Positions 19,623 through 31,836 of a stretch of DNA of 64,000 nt are shown in pieces. The first letter of the stretch is position 1. Each line of letters opens with the position of its first letter. The translations under genes and the position numbers were made by a program. Below the pieces are notes generated by a model. It had not been told where the DNA came from. It saw only the letters and a list, made by a program, of their open reading frames with translations, and ran no database searches. This DNA comes from Yuukianura sp. NJ FZ-2021 (Eukaryota): NCBI GenBank assembly GCA_046563655.1, contig CM102289.1, positions 1,364,001 through 1,428,000 of the forward strand, given 5' to 3'.

Positions 19623-21560
19623 ATGTTGTCTGAAACTACCTGGAAGTATGCTATCAAAACGTTCCAAGATGGCTACAACTGGAAAACGTACAATTTCAAA
19701 ATAGTCCGCCATGGCAACAGCATTGTTGCCATACGACGTAGCAGTGACAGAGTTTCCAAGGTAATAATTGGAACTTATTTGATCATCAACTCCATTGTAC
19801 TTGCACTATATATTTGCATGGCTGTTCTCCTTCGAAATGAAAAGAATGAGTTGGTCATGGTATTTGGCTTTATTTCATCAACAATTCTATTCTCTGGAAT
19901 GCAATTTTGGCAAGTTAGATTTATGGATGAAATTTTTTCTATCACCTCCACGTCCTTTCGATTCGACAATTACATACGTAAGTCCATTTTGCCTTTTGTT
20001 ATGATTTTTTAGATTAATTTTTGCGGTATTTCACAATTTTCCGCTGTTGTTTCCACAGTAATCGTCTAATATAATATATTTTTTTTCTATTTTTTAGACA
20101 AAATTAGTCATTTGCCAATAATTTCTGCGGAATCGGATGGATATGAAATCGTTGGAAAACTTTGTTGGTTTGGATTAGTGTATGGTCGAATTTTCGGTAT
20201 ACCCTCAGCTGTAATATTTTTCGTATGTGGGTACAGTCAAATCAGCCAAACAAGCTACTTCATGTTGGGAACCACTTGCAAGTACTTCTGTGGTACTGAA
20301 TGCCCTATGGCTGCCGCTTTAGCTATTCTACTCATATCACTCATCGGCGTTCTGAGTTGCCACAACGGTTGTTCTGCTACCCAGCCAGAAATCGGAAGTT
20401 AAAACAACGTTTTATTTGTGTTACCAAGTAACGTTGCGCTAATGTGATTTGTGGCCGCCCTTTCCACGTGAAATTAATGTTGAGAGTGTGAGAAAACATA
20501 ACGTTGCATTTTGGTCGCGAAAGTGAAAAAAAAGAACACCCAGGTGGAGGTTCGTACCCTCTCCTTATCTCCCTCCTCTTTCTCTTACTCCTATGCCCTG
20601 CACCACCTCTCCAAACTCACATTCTTGGATTCTCCTAATCTGTTTCTCATAATCATGCTGCTGCAACTGTATTGTGGGAGCGACGTGAAAAAGGAGTGAA
20701 ATTAACGTTGCGACTCCGAAACGTTAAAATCACGTTATATATCTGTTATTTTCTTATTATCGCTAACAGTTGTAAACTGCTGCGTTATAAACTCGTTATA
20801 AACACGGATAGTATCAACGTGATTTTTACTTACTAATCCAAGGTTAAAAAAATGTTGTAAATACAAAGTTCCCTAACAATTTACAACATCACACATTTTT
20901 CACATTGCCAATGTTAAATAAACGTGAATTTAAATTTCGTTTCTGGTTGGGTATCCTTCTCTTTAGTAACTTGGCTCTACTGTACACAAATACAACACGA
21001 CTCTGGCTCCAAAATTTAAAGTAAATTTTTAAACCAAACCAAAATCGTCTTACTGTCATAAAGATTTCAAAAATTTGTGATTTTTTTTTTTGCACAGCAA
21101 AACAATGGAGGAAACAACACAACAACAGTATCAAACCCAGCTATATGCCTGTCGCCAAGTGATGGGCAAATTTGCCAATGATGTTTTTGCCGGTGTTGTT
21201 CAGTTCATCATGTGTAATGTAGTTATTATGCTCATAATTTATTTTTACACTTTTTTCAAATTATTCGAACCAAAATATTTCTTTCTCCTGGGCATTTTTT
21301 TTATTATTACTTTAGCCATTCTGTTTGTTTTAACTGAAGCAATTAGTTTGGCTGTACTTTGCCATAAGAATTCTACTGAAACCATCAAAGCTGGAAAATT
21401 TCATAGTACTTTACCGTACTACAAGAAATTTTGGAAGTCAAGGCAACCAATTGACGTCAAAGTTGGACAACTATTTATTCTAGACACCAAGGCATATCTG
21501 CTCACAATCTATGGAGACATTGTGCTCCAAAATGTCATCAATCTCATCCTTACCTTCTAA
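19623..21560 (+). pseudogene. Paralogous 7TM chemoreceptor disrupted by a MITE in exon 2
   Basis: Exons 19623-19977, 20098-21020 (interrupted), 21098-21560. Removing 20380-20953 restores HNGCSAILLFSNLALLYTNTTRLWLQNL, collinear with the upstream paralog. Confidence 0.82.
20380..20951. mobile_element. Non-autonomous DNA transposon (MITE), 572 bp, TA duplication
   Basis: Imperfect ~38-bp TIRs CCCAGCCAGAAATCGGAAGTTAAA / TTTAAATTTCGTTTCTGGTTGGG; TA at 20378-20379 and 20952-20953. Confidence 0.9.
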
Positions 21561-23131
21561 CGAGGAATAGTACGTACCGTTCGTCGATTTTTAAAATTCT
21601 GAAGTGATAGTCGTATTCTGTATGACAAAAAAGAGATTCTGTTGTAGTGGCACGATGCACCTCTCAAAAAAAATAATTCAGGTACCTAGGGTCGAACCCC
21701 TTCCCCCCAGAGGGGGAGCAAAATTGACCGGCCGCTCTCTCGACATCAACAACCGGCAAAGCTTTAGTAGGTCGTTCCAAATTGGTTATTATTGTCTAGT
21801 ACCCTTTCTCTTTCACTTTAAACAGTTTTCAAAATTTCTTCTTTGCTCTTACATACTTTGCTAATTACTTTGCTAATTACTTTGCTGACCTAGCTTTTAA
21901 ATTTAAATTTAACACTCTGAGACACGGTACATGAACAAAAAACACGAAAAGCACAGAGTTTTGAAGCAACGATTGCATCTAGATGTTCCATTTTGCAATT
22001 CTCACAAGTGTTGGGAGATTCCTTTTCCCAATGAAAACACAATTTCACTCGGCCTTGAAAAATTTTGCGTTGATTTCAGTCGCTTTCTGGATGGCCCACT
22101 GTTTCAAGTTTTTGGTACGAAGAATTTTGCCGGATTCACGAGAAGACACGAAATTTTGAAAGACGAATCTGTTGATTTCTCGTATTTTCTCCCGCCTTGT
22201 TCCTCCTTCCATCACCTGCTTTCTCCAAATAGGTACTTTAGACTTTGATGGAAGTGAAGAGCAGCCTTTTTTTTTTTGAGTGTAGGTAAACTGTATTTCG
22301 GATGTAAGTCAACAAAATTCAAGATCCTTTTCTTTTCTTCGATGGATATTTCGTTGAATTCACAAGTACTTTCTTCGTCCGTCTCAAAATTTGTATCACT
22401 TGTCTCTAAAGCATACGCAATGATGACGTATAAACTGGGGGCGACTCTTGATTAAAAAAAATTTGACTTTCACTTACCTGTTGCTGTCAAATTCTCATCT
22501 GTGAAAATGAAGTCATCAAGTAATTGGAGAAATTTCTTGTATAGTTTTCCAGCAAAAGCGTCCGTACTTTCACACACGGTGTGTAAACTATGTTGTCGGA
22601 ACTCATTCTCTATAATACTTACAAATTTGTGCGCAATGGCAATAGCATTTTACCTCCATTTTGAGAAAAATGGAGGATTCTAGAAAACGTTTTTCGAACG
22701 AAACTGAACAAAAGTGAAAGGGTCGTTTTCGTCCGCCTGACGAAAATTCAAGGGTCCATTTTTAATTAGGGGGGATTAGTTACTTTTCGGCTATTTTAAA
22801 AGCTAGGTTACCAAAGTAAGTGCAAAGTAATTAGCAAAGTAAAAGGAAAGAAGAAATTTAGGAAACTGTTGAAAGTGAAAGAGAAAGGGTACTAGACAAT
22901 AATAACCAATTTGGAATGAACTACTAAAGCTTTGCCGGTTGTTGAGGTCGAGAGCGCGACCGGTCAATTTTGCTCCCCCTCTGGGGGGAAGGGGTTCGAC
23001 CCTAGGTACCCGAATTATTTTTTTTGAGAGGTGCATCGTGCCACTACAACAGAATCTCTTTTTTGTCATACGGAATACGACTATCACTTCAGAATTTTAA
23101 AAGTCGACGAACGGTACGTACTATTCCCTCG
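21561..23131 (-). mobile_element. Internally deleted Tc4/Tc5-like (pogo/CENP-B HTH) DNA transposon with ~340-bp TIRs
   Basis: TIRs 21561-~21900 and ~22795-23131; TAA duplicated at 21558-21560 and 23132-23134 in C-TAA-G context. Minus-strand remnant ISIEEKKRILNFVDLHPKYSLPTLK..WRKQVMEGGTRREKIREIN..LKQWAIQKA..FFKA is fused to a RCNRCFKTLCFSCF tail; the catalytic domain is absent. Confidence 0.85.
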
Positions 23132-23522
23132 TAAGTAGCATGTATGTACATACATTAGTTTCCAAAATTACACAAAATTTAATATGAAACTGTGTAACGG
23201 CAAAATAAAAATTTTGGTTGGTGTGAAAATGTTTTGAATGAGTTTTAAATAAGGAATGATTAGATTTAAATATGGATTGCCATATTTGTGGCAACATAAA
23301 TTTTTGTGACGGTCATGATTTGAAACCAATGAATTTCGAGAATTTAATGCTCAACGAACAATAACTTTTTTTTTTTGACAATTTTTGGTTAATGTTGCTT
23401 ATACTTTGCTATGTTTCTGGGTTCTACCAAAGATGAGGATGATGAAATGATCTCACATTCGGAATTTCTATTGACACAGTTCTGTTTTTTAAATTTGAAG
23501 TCAGTTTTCTCCAAAATTCAGA

Positions 23523-25033
23523 TCAGATTGCAGCATATGAATTTTGTAGCAGCGGTTCATCTCCTTCCGTTTCTCCATCTGCAGTTTTGTCCAAAATTTC
23601 TCTTCCTCGTCCATCGTCCAGCCACGACGAGCGAAAATTCCTAAAATCCAAACCCAAATTTTAAAATTCAACACAAATTGAATTTTTGAACTGAAACTAC
23701 GTAGAAGTTTAAATTTCATGTCATGTTTGAATTCAAATTTAAGTAAAGCGCTTAAAGCAGTGGGTGAAACGTAGGCGGCATTTTTTAGCATTTGCGGGTT
23801 TTGGACGTAGTTGTCAAGTTAGTCATTAAAAGTTTTGTTTTTGTTTCAAAATTTTTGCCAAAATTAAGTCCAAAATTTGTTTTTTGAAACTAATAGACGT
23901 GCCGTTTCGATGCCACAAACCTTATAATTACGAAAAACGTTTTTACTTTCTTCCCTCTTTTCTCGCCATTTCCGAGACACTTTGTACATAATTTAAACTT
24001 TCTCCAAAGTTCTTCTTCTTGCGAAGGCTGTAATTGGAGCAAAACACAAAACCACAGTGGAAACTTGTGGAACTCAGAATTGCAAATGATTCAAAATGAA
24101 CTCAAAATTAGTCAAAATGAGCTGAAATGTTTTAAATTATTAATTAAAACGGAGAAAAGAGTATCTTCTTGTTTTACATTTTCAGTTATAATTATTTCCA
24201 AAAATATTATCTTAAGATATAATAATGAAAGACGGAAGTTGATCTTTCTTATGGGAGATGAGCAAGTGGTGTTGTGGGAAATTGAAAATTTAAGCAACAC
24301 GCCTTTGCACTACACCTACCATCTCCAACGTCTTTTTATAAAAAAAATCGCCCGCCCTTTGCATGTATTGTCACTGAGATTAAAAGGCTAAACCGAGCGA
24401 AGGGAAATGCGGAAATGAAAACTCGGATTTTTATCAAGTTATCTTGCATCTCATCTTCATGATTTTTGTTTACCTGAAAAAGGCGGCCAAAAAAAAACTT
24501 TTTTAAAAGTTTCTTTTAAACAAAATTTTCATATTTTTCAATGGCTTTTCTTTTTCAACATCATAAATTTAATTTACCTAAGCCTTGCCTTTACATGACC
24601 AACACAAAAACTTACAATATAAAAAAGTTCAGTTTTTAGGTTGTGCAAGATTGTTTTTTTTTAGATTTTGAGATTGTTGATTTTAACTCCTAAAGACTGT
24701 GATATTTTTGAAATAATGTATAAAAATTTGCTGAAATTTTGAAAAGTTTTCTTACGATTCGGCTTCAGTGTTCGGTCTGTAGTTGGCATTGGGCATTGAG
24801 GCTTCGAATGCTTGGTATGGAAATTGCGGTCGCTGTGGAAACAGGTTACTGTCGAATCCTATTCCAGTTCGCTTGCCAAAGCCACGAGCAGTTGATAATT
24901 TGCCATTTTGAACTTGGAATCCTCTGCTGGATCTGCCGATTCCACTTCTTTGTTCTATAAAGTGGTGGTCAAAAGCCACCGACAGGGTGGCAATGGTTAA
25001 GCAGAGACAGAGGACGAAACGATGCATTTTCAA
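23523..25033 (-). CDS. AT: Allatotropin-like neuropeptide precursor
   Basis: Signal peptide, then RSSR-GFQVQNGKLSTARGF-GKR (TARGFamide signature). Exon 25033-24756 is firm; downstream phase-compatible exons 24027-23947 and 23640-23523 are tentative. Confidence 0.85.
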
Positions 25034-27104
25034 AATGAAAGTTCTTGAGTTCTTGAAAAAAAAGTGAAATACACGAGCTTTTAAAAAATATTGCGTTAAA
25101 AGTTATTATGTTTGCATAGTTCAAGCTGCTAAACTGCCATAGGGAAAAGTATCAAAAAGGACAATAAATTTCTAAAAAGAATTGACTTTTTGAAATTGAA
25201 TTTTTTCGTTATATTCATTTTCGAGAATCCTAAACTTATACATTGATAAACTTCTTTTATGTTAGTGTTTGCACAGTTACAAAACAGCGTGCTAAGAATT
25301 TAAAAAAATTACCTGGTTTAACTGCACGAATCGAATTTTCTTTTTTGGAACGGAGCGAACTGCGTTCTTATTCAAGTGAAAGCAAAAGAGAAAGTGTCGC
25401 TTAGCAAAATGCAACTTTAAAAAACCCACCTCCGCGTTTTTTCCTGCGCTTAAACTTCTTTTCTCTTTAAAAATTGAAAACCAGCGGGAGTGAAATTGGA
25501 ACAAAAAATTTTTGAATCCAAATTCAAAAAACCTTTGACAATTGAAAAGTAAAACAATTCCTGGTTGAGCTAACGTTGCTCTACAGAAGAAAGCTGAATG
25601 TCGAAGTTGGAAAGCGTTAGCTTTTATGCTTTTCTCAGGTAATAGGGCTGCTAGGAGCGTCTAAAACCCAATTTGTAATTGGTGGGTGGCGAAGTAAAGC
25701 GGTTGGAGGGTGGAAAGAAAGCAGCAGGAGAGAAAGTGAAGTGAATCTCCACCCCGACATTTCACTTTTTACTTGACGTCAAAAAACGACCACGCAGGAG
25801 GTCTTTATTTTCATGGACCACTCACTCCTTCACTTTTCAAAAAATTTTTAAATAACGAAAGTAAGTGTTCAAAAAATTGTCAAAAGAAAAAAGACAGACA
25901 GCAACAGGCAAAAAGATTCACAGAACTGGGCAGAGATGCTAAAAACCGATTAAGGACAAACTGCCACATTCAGCTTCAATCAACCGTATTAGTGCAGGCA
26001 GGATTTCTTTATTTCATGGGGATATTTCATAACGTTGTTAGGTTTAATTTGAAGATTAAAGTCTTTTGGAACTGAGCTAACTTTTTGTGTGGCTTATTAA
26101 CTTTTTCAAAAAAAAATTTCAAATTATCTTTTCTCCTGGAGTGAAAAAGGTAAGACAATGGTGTCGTAAGCCCTTGCTGCGAATGACAAGTTCGAAAAAA
26201 ATTCCTCCGAAAAAATGTCCACGAAAACAATTGGTCCAAAGGATAAGTTGCATCCACTTTTTTAGCATTTCATCCAGGATATATCCACTGGATAAATAGT
26301 TAAATCCGGATGAAATTCAGATTCCGATGGACGAAAATCAGTTTCGTCCGGAAGAAACTAGAAAAATCCGGATATATTCACCTCTTTCGAGGGGAGTGGA
26401 AGAAATATTTTATCCATCCACCAACTCTGTCCGAAACTAAATAAAATGAAATAAAATGGGCGAATTATAAATCACAAAGTTAGGTTAGAATAGTAAATGA
26501 CTATTTCCGGAGAATCTTGACTTTCGGAATTTTTGGAACAATTGGTTTCATGAAAATTCATTCGGAGCAATTCCTTTCGGAGCAATGGCATGCAACTAAA
26601 CAACGGATGTGGAGGCATAACGACTGAAGTCATAAGAGTGAATGTGGCGAATCTCAGATGAAAATCACTAAAGTTAAAATCTATTGCAGACAATTCCAAG
26701 CGGCAATTAACTTCCCACGACTGAGGTCCCCAAGGAAGATGTCTGGAAATGTGAAAAGTAAATTGTCAGAATCCCGTGATTTATTTCTTTGTACACTTCA
26801 ATTAAAAGTAATTCGACCTCCTGTCTTTGGCTTATCTGCGACAATTGAAGTTTTTGTTACCGGAGGTACCTCGCTTTCGTTTATTCCCACAGTGCGCATG
26901 CCTGTTGTCCTAATTTTTGTTTTTAGTATAACTAACTTAAGAAATTATGAATTCAGAGAAACAATTTCCGTCATCACAAATCTTTTTTAATCCTTCCTCC
27001 GGGTCAAGATTAATCCGTGGCTCAACAGTTTTTAAATTTTTAAGAGGTTTTGAGTTAGTCGTGTCTCTTCAACACCAAAAAGTGGTTCAAATTTTCCAAA
27101 TGCA

Positions 27105-30100
27105 ATGTTCTCTGAACAAGCAGTTTTGGTCATTGTGACATTTATCATATCCACTAGTCCTCAAATTTTGTCCAAAATTTCTCCAAATCAGGTTCAAAAT
27201 ACTATAGTCCCCGAAAATTTTATAAGTGCGAACACTTCTTCAGTTTTTACAGAAAACCAAAGAAAATCATCAATTGTTTTTGTGCCAAAAAATCACGAAT
27301 GGATTCATCACGCAATTCAAACTGGTAAGCTATAAGCAGCGTTTTTCACAACTAAATAATTTGAAATACTTCACTCAATCCAACCTATGCTGTTATGTAC
27401 ATGTATACTTTTTAGAAATCTATAAAATTTGATACAGAAAATATTAAACTTTGTATAGTTGGAAGGCTTTTGTCATTTGTGTCTCGTTGGAACAAACGTT
27501 GCTGGAGTGGTGGAGACCAGGGTACATGTCTTGTGAGGTATTTCTGTTTCAAACTTTAGTTTAAATTTCAAATTTTGCTGCTTAGCGCCATCTAAAAATT
27601 TTCCGCTTTACTAACACCGTCTTTTCACTTTATACTTTCTCCCTGAAAAGTGTACCAAAAGCTTTCCTTATTGCAACGGGGATTTCATCAAATGAGTAAT
27701 TACATCATGTACATACTATGTAGTTTCTGCTTTTAGTTATAAAAGTTATGCTAGTGGAACATAAATTTAATCTAGTAAGTTAATTAATTGCAAGTGAACT
27801 TCAAATTTTATAGGAAAAACTGTTTGAGTAGTGGCGGAAGCTTTGGTGGAACTTGTGCTGGTGGATTCGGAGTATGTTGCGTTCGTAAGTAACGCAGTTT
27901 GACGCTTTAAGGTTCAAAAAAGTAGTTCAAAATTTTGAAAATTCGTTATTATTTTTTTTTACAGATGAATACCATTGTGGAAGTCACACGTATTTTAACG
28001 GAACCTACTTTACTAATCCACACTTTCCACAGGCATGGGAGAGTGAAGGAATTTGTGACCACGCTATTTCAAAAGTAAGTTAAGCCATTTATGCAAAAAA
28101 TTCATCAAGTGGAATTAATTTTTTCAGGTGTGTACGTGTTAACTTTGAACGCGTACAAAAACTTACAGTAAAATTGTGGAATTTGATGAAAAAAATGCAT
28201 TTTAATTTTTTTTTAGGTTGAAAACGTATGTCAACTACGCCTAGACTTTGAAGTGTTTGAGTTGGAAGGACCAGGGGAGACTGGGCACTGCGGCGGCGCA
28301 CAACTCCTGGTGGATGGAATCGAACAGCATCTTCCTCCACTATGCGGAGATCTTAGCGGTCACCATGGTAACAAATTTCAAATTTTAGTACAAATGATTT
28401 CATATATTATATTCATGTGTTTTTTTATATTTTATTGGAAAATTTTGCTTCTCGAGTGTGATTGAGGGAATGAATGGTTTTTATTTTACGGAAGTCTACC
28501 ATGTTAGTATTGAGGTCAATGAAACAAAAGGCGCCAAAACTCAAAGTCAATTAAAACTTTGTGTTTCAGAATCTCTGAAATGAACAAAAGTAGAAAGTTT
28601 GTAGTCATGGGAGATTTGTTTCCATTTGGTTTCAATTATGCTACTAAACTTTTGTTCTTTTCTTAACAGTTTACCTCCAAGTGGGTTTTGCTCCCGAAGT
28701 CCGATTGACTTTCAGCCTCGGTCCAGCAATTCTCCCGAGACGCTGGAGAATCAGAGTGACTAAACTGGAGTGCGGCTCTCCTGCTGCTGGTAAACTTACG
28801 TCCACTATTTATTTAGTGACAGGAAACACACAAAGTGCAAAACTTCAACTCTACACACACATGACATGACATTTTTGAACGGATTTTTATGCACCGCTGA
28901 AGTTTTTTTGTCGTAACTTGACGACTTTTACTTATTTCGTGAAGTTTGTTTATGTCAAATCGCCGTCCATAGCTTTTCCGTCCATCCGTCCATAAGTAGT
29001 CGTCCATTACGTTCCGTCCATGAACGTCCTGGACACAACATTGGCTTTCCCCAAGTGAAAACAGGTTGAGCATGTTGTCAAAGAGTAACGAGGTCTTTTG
29101 TGGCAAGTTCTGGTTGCTTGAAATCAAACAGGAAAATACAGCAGGGAACTTTGAGTATTTTATGCACCGCTAATTTCACCAAAACCAATCCCAAAGGAAA
29201 CAATTTTTTTATGAAAAACTCAAAACTTTTTTTTTCCAAATTTGAATTTTTTCAACATTATTCTCTTACAGCGCCTGGCGGCTGTTTTCAGTACCACCAC
29301 AGCATTACCGGCAGAGTCCTCAGTTTCAACCATTTGCAACACAACATTGGGGGGCTTGACTACGGTGTCTGCATACGAAGAGAAAGAGGCTTCTGTGCAA
29401 TTGAGGTACACCTCAATGAAAATTTTAATTTTTGCATTTTAGTATAACTTTTAAAATGTGTTATCAAAATTTCAAAATTTTGATTGAATTTTCATTTTCA
29501 GTGGACTTTGTGTGATAAGCATGAGCAGTTTAGGCGAAAACGCTCAGTTGTATCGGAGACATTGAAAAATACAAAGGTTTTTTCAACTTCAGTCGACAGA
29601 AGTTTCAGTTCACGGTGCAACAGCAGCAGAAATCCGCGAGATGCTGCTTGTCTAGCGTCAGAATCAACATGGCATCCATTTTTTCCAGCGTATTTTGCCA
29701 AAATTGACCAAAATGTGACAGTCAATGCGCAAAGTCAGGTTAAAAAATTTGGTGAGCAGACAATGATTACACAGGATTCACTTTTACGTGACAACCTACG
29801 TAGAAGTGAACTGTCAAATCGTGTGGGCCTTATTCCAGTCAACAGCAAATCAGCAAAGGCAAGTGTCACGCAAAATGAAATTGGCACTTATTCTGCCGCC
29901 AAACCACCACTACTCTACCAGCAACTGAAATCCGCGCCAAATTTGAATTCAAAAATATCTGGAAATTCTGCCAAACCGAAAATATTCCAGCAATTAAAGT
30001 CAGCGCCATCTCTGAACCAAAATTCTAAGTTTCATGGGAACTCCAAACTCAAAACTTTTAGCCCTCCAGTTAAAACTGCTCCTTCGCATGCGAAGCCTCA

Positions 30101-31153
30101 ATTGTTTCATGGACCGGGAATCCAAAAATTTCAAAAACCGAATTTGAGCTTACCGGGAAAAGGAACCTGGGGCAAACCGAACATCAAAACAAAACCTCCA
30201 ATCAAAGTTCCACTGAAAGGACTGAGCAAGGTCAAGGTCAAGCCGAAGCCAAATGTAAAACACAAACACAAAGAAACGAAAAATGGCTGCAAGGTTGTAC
30301 CGGTACCGATACCGGTTCCATTGCCGCTTCCGATACCGATACCAATTACCCCGGTAGTCGTTGTACCGTTTCCGTTTGGAGGGGGCGGGGGAGGAGGAAG
30401 TGGTGGGGGGCATCACAACGACAAGGGGTGGATGGAACATGGCAAAGTCTATTGTAAGTTAAAAAAAGTCACAACTAAATTTTTAAAATTTTAAATTTTA
30501 AATTGGAAAATCTCCATTTTTTTTTTAAATTCTCCCACACCGTCTCATTTTTACTAACGTTATTGCAAGAATGCCACTAGGTGGAGTCCATGACAGTTTT
30601 TACGATGTGAGAGGTTTCTGATTATCAAATTTTTGAAATTTGTTTTCCGCACTTTGTTCAAAACAGTTAAAATTTTTGAGTGGTTTGAACATTGGAATAG
30701 TTTGTCATTGGACTCATATTTCTTTTGTTCCTTTTTTTACGGTTAACTGTTCTATTTCTTATTAAATTTGTGTTCCATCGTCTCGTCCAATTTAGTAGGA
30801 TTAAGAAACCCCCCTGTTCGCTTCCTGCTTAAGTTTATGAGCGGCAACGTAGGGAGGGCGGGAGAATTTGAACAGAAAATGGTTGGAAATAAAGTCGGTA
30901 TAATCCCACACGGTCCCATTATGCTGTCAGATTTGTTTTTTTATGACTTCCTCCACTAAAGCGGCCTTTTGAACCGCCAGACTCAAAAAAGCGCGGGAGA
31001 AAGTCGTATTTTGACGGTTTCTTTTCTGACCTCTTTGTATTTGTAGCAACTACGGAGCCTTTTCTTCTCCGAATCCACACAAAAGACAGTCAAGAGGCAG
31101 AAGCCTTCTGCATGGACTGGGAACAGATCCCCTGCCACAGTTGGAAATACTGA
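27105..31153 (+). CDS. Secreted CUB-domain protein (arthropod G.C...FGVCC / GCxQY family)
   Basis: Exons 27105-27324, 27459-27537, 27814-27884, 27965-28074, 28217-28367, 28670-28789, 29272-29405, 29502-~30453, (uncertain), 31047-31153. Motifs CAGGFGVCC, YFTNPHFP, VCQLRLDF, GCFQY..SFN..YGVCIR, PFLLRIH..FCMDWEQIPC. Confidence 0.85.
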
Positions 31154-31836
31154 TGCAACTCAAAAAAAAATATTAATGACATAATACAAATTAATTATTA
31201 TATTTATTACACAATTTATTATAATAAGTGATAAGTATTTCACTCTATTTTAACTTCAACCTGGCGAAAAAAGAGACGGTAATTTTAAATAAATTTTAAT
31301 TTTTCTCTTTGTAAAATTTTAATTTTTGTTTTGTTTGTGTTTTTTTTTTGTGACTTTAGTTTGGCCCTACGCCACAAATTTTGTGACAAGGTTTCGAAAT
31401 TTTGAAAATAAAGTTTGGAATTTATTGTTTTTGACAGTTTTACAGAAGCTACAACCAAATTTAATGTGAGTGCTAAATGTTCGTGGAAGCTTGGAGGTCA
31501 AAGGTGAATGTTTTAAGGAGGTCATTAAAACCACAATTTGTTTACTCAAATGCTTGTGTTTGTGTAGAGGGAAAATGTTTACCTGAAAATAGAAACTGAA
31601 TGCTCTTCTGAAACTTCTTTTTTGGACAAAAAACACTCTTACGCAGAGAACCTTTTGAAAAGTTGCTTTCTCCCTCCTTTTCTCCACAACTTTGTTTACC
31701 GTCTGAGTCAGTTGTACCGTAGCGTCTGGAGGAGACACACATTTGAGCTCTGGAGGGAGTAACTAAACCGGTTTACATTCACAAAGAGACATTTTCAAAA
31801 TTAACATTTCCAAAAATTTCAAAATTTTCATAAATC

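Noticed and set aside
21604..23087. Two near-identical small ORFs on opposite strands (86 and 94 aa)
   Set aside because: They are translations of the transposon's terminal inverted repeats, not genes.
26150..26660. TCCGGA/TTCGGA-rich internally repetitive patches (similar GTCAA/TTGAC patch at 35865-36090)
   Set aside because: Probably MITE remnants, but I could not define termini or TSDs.
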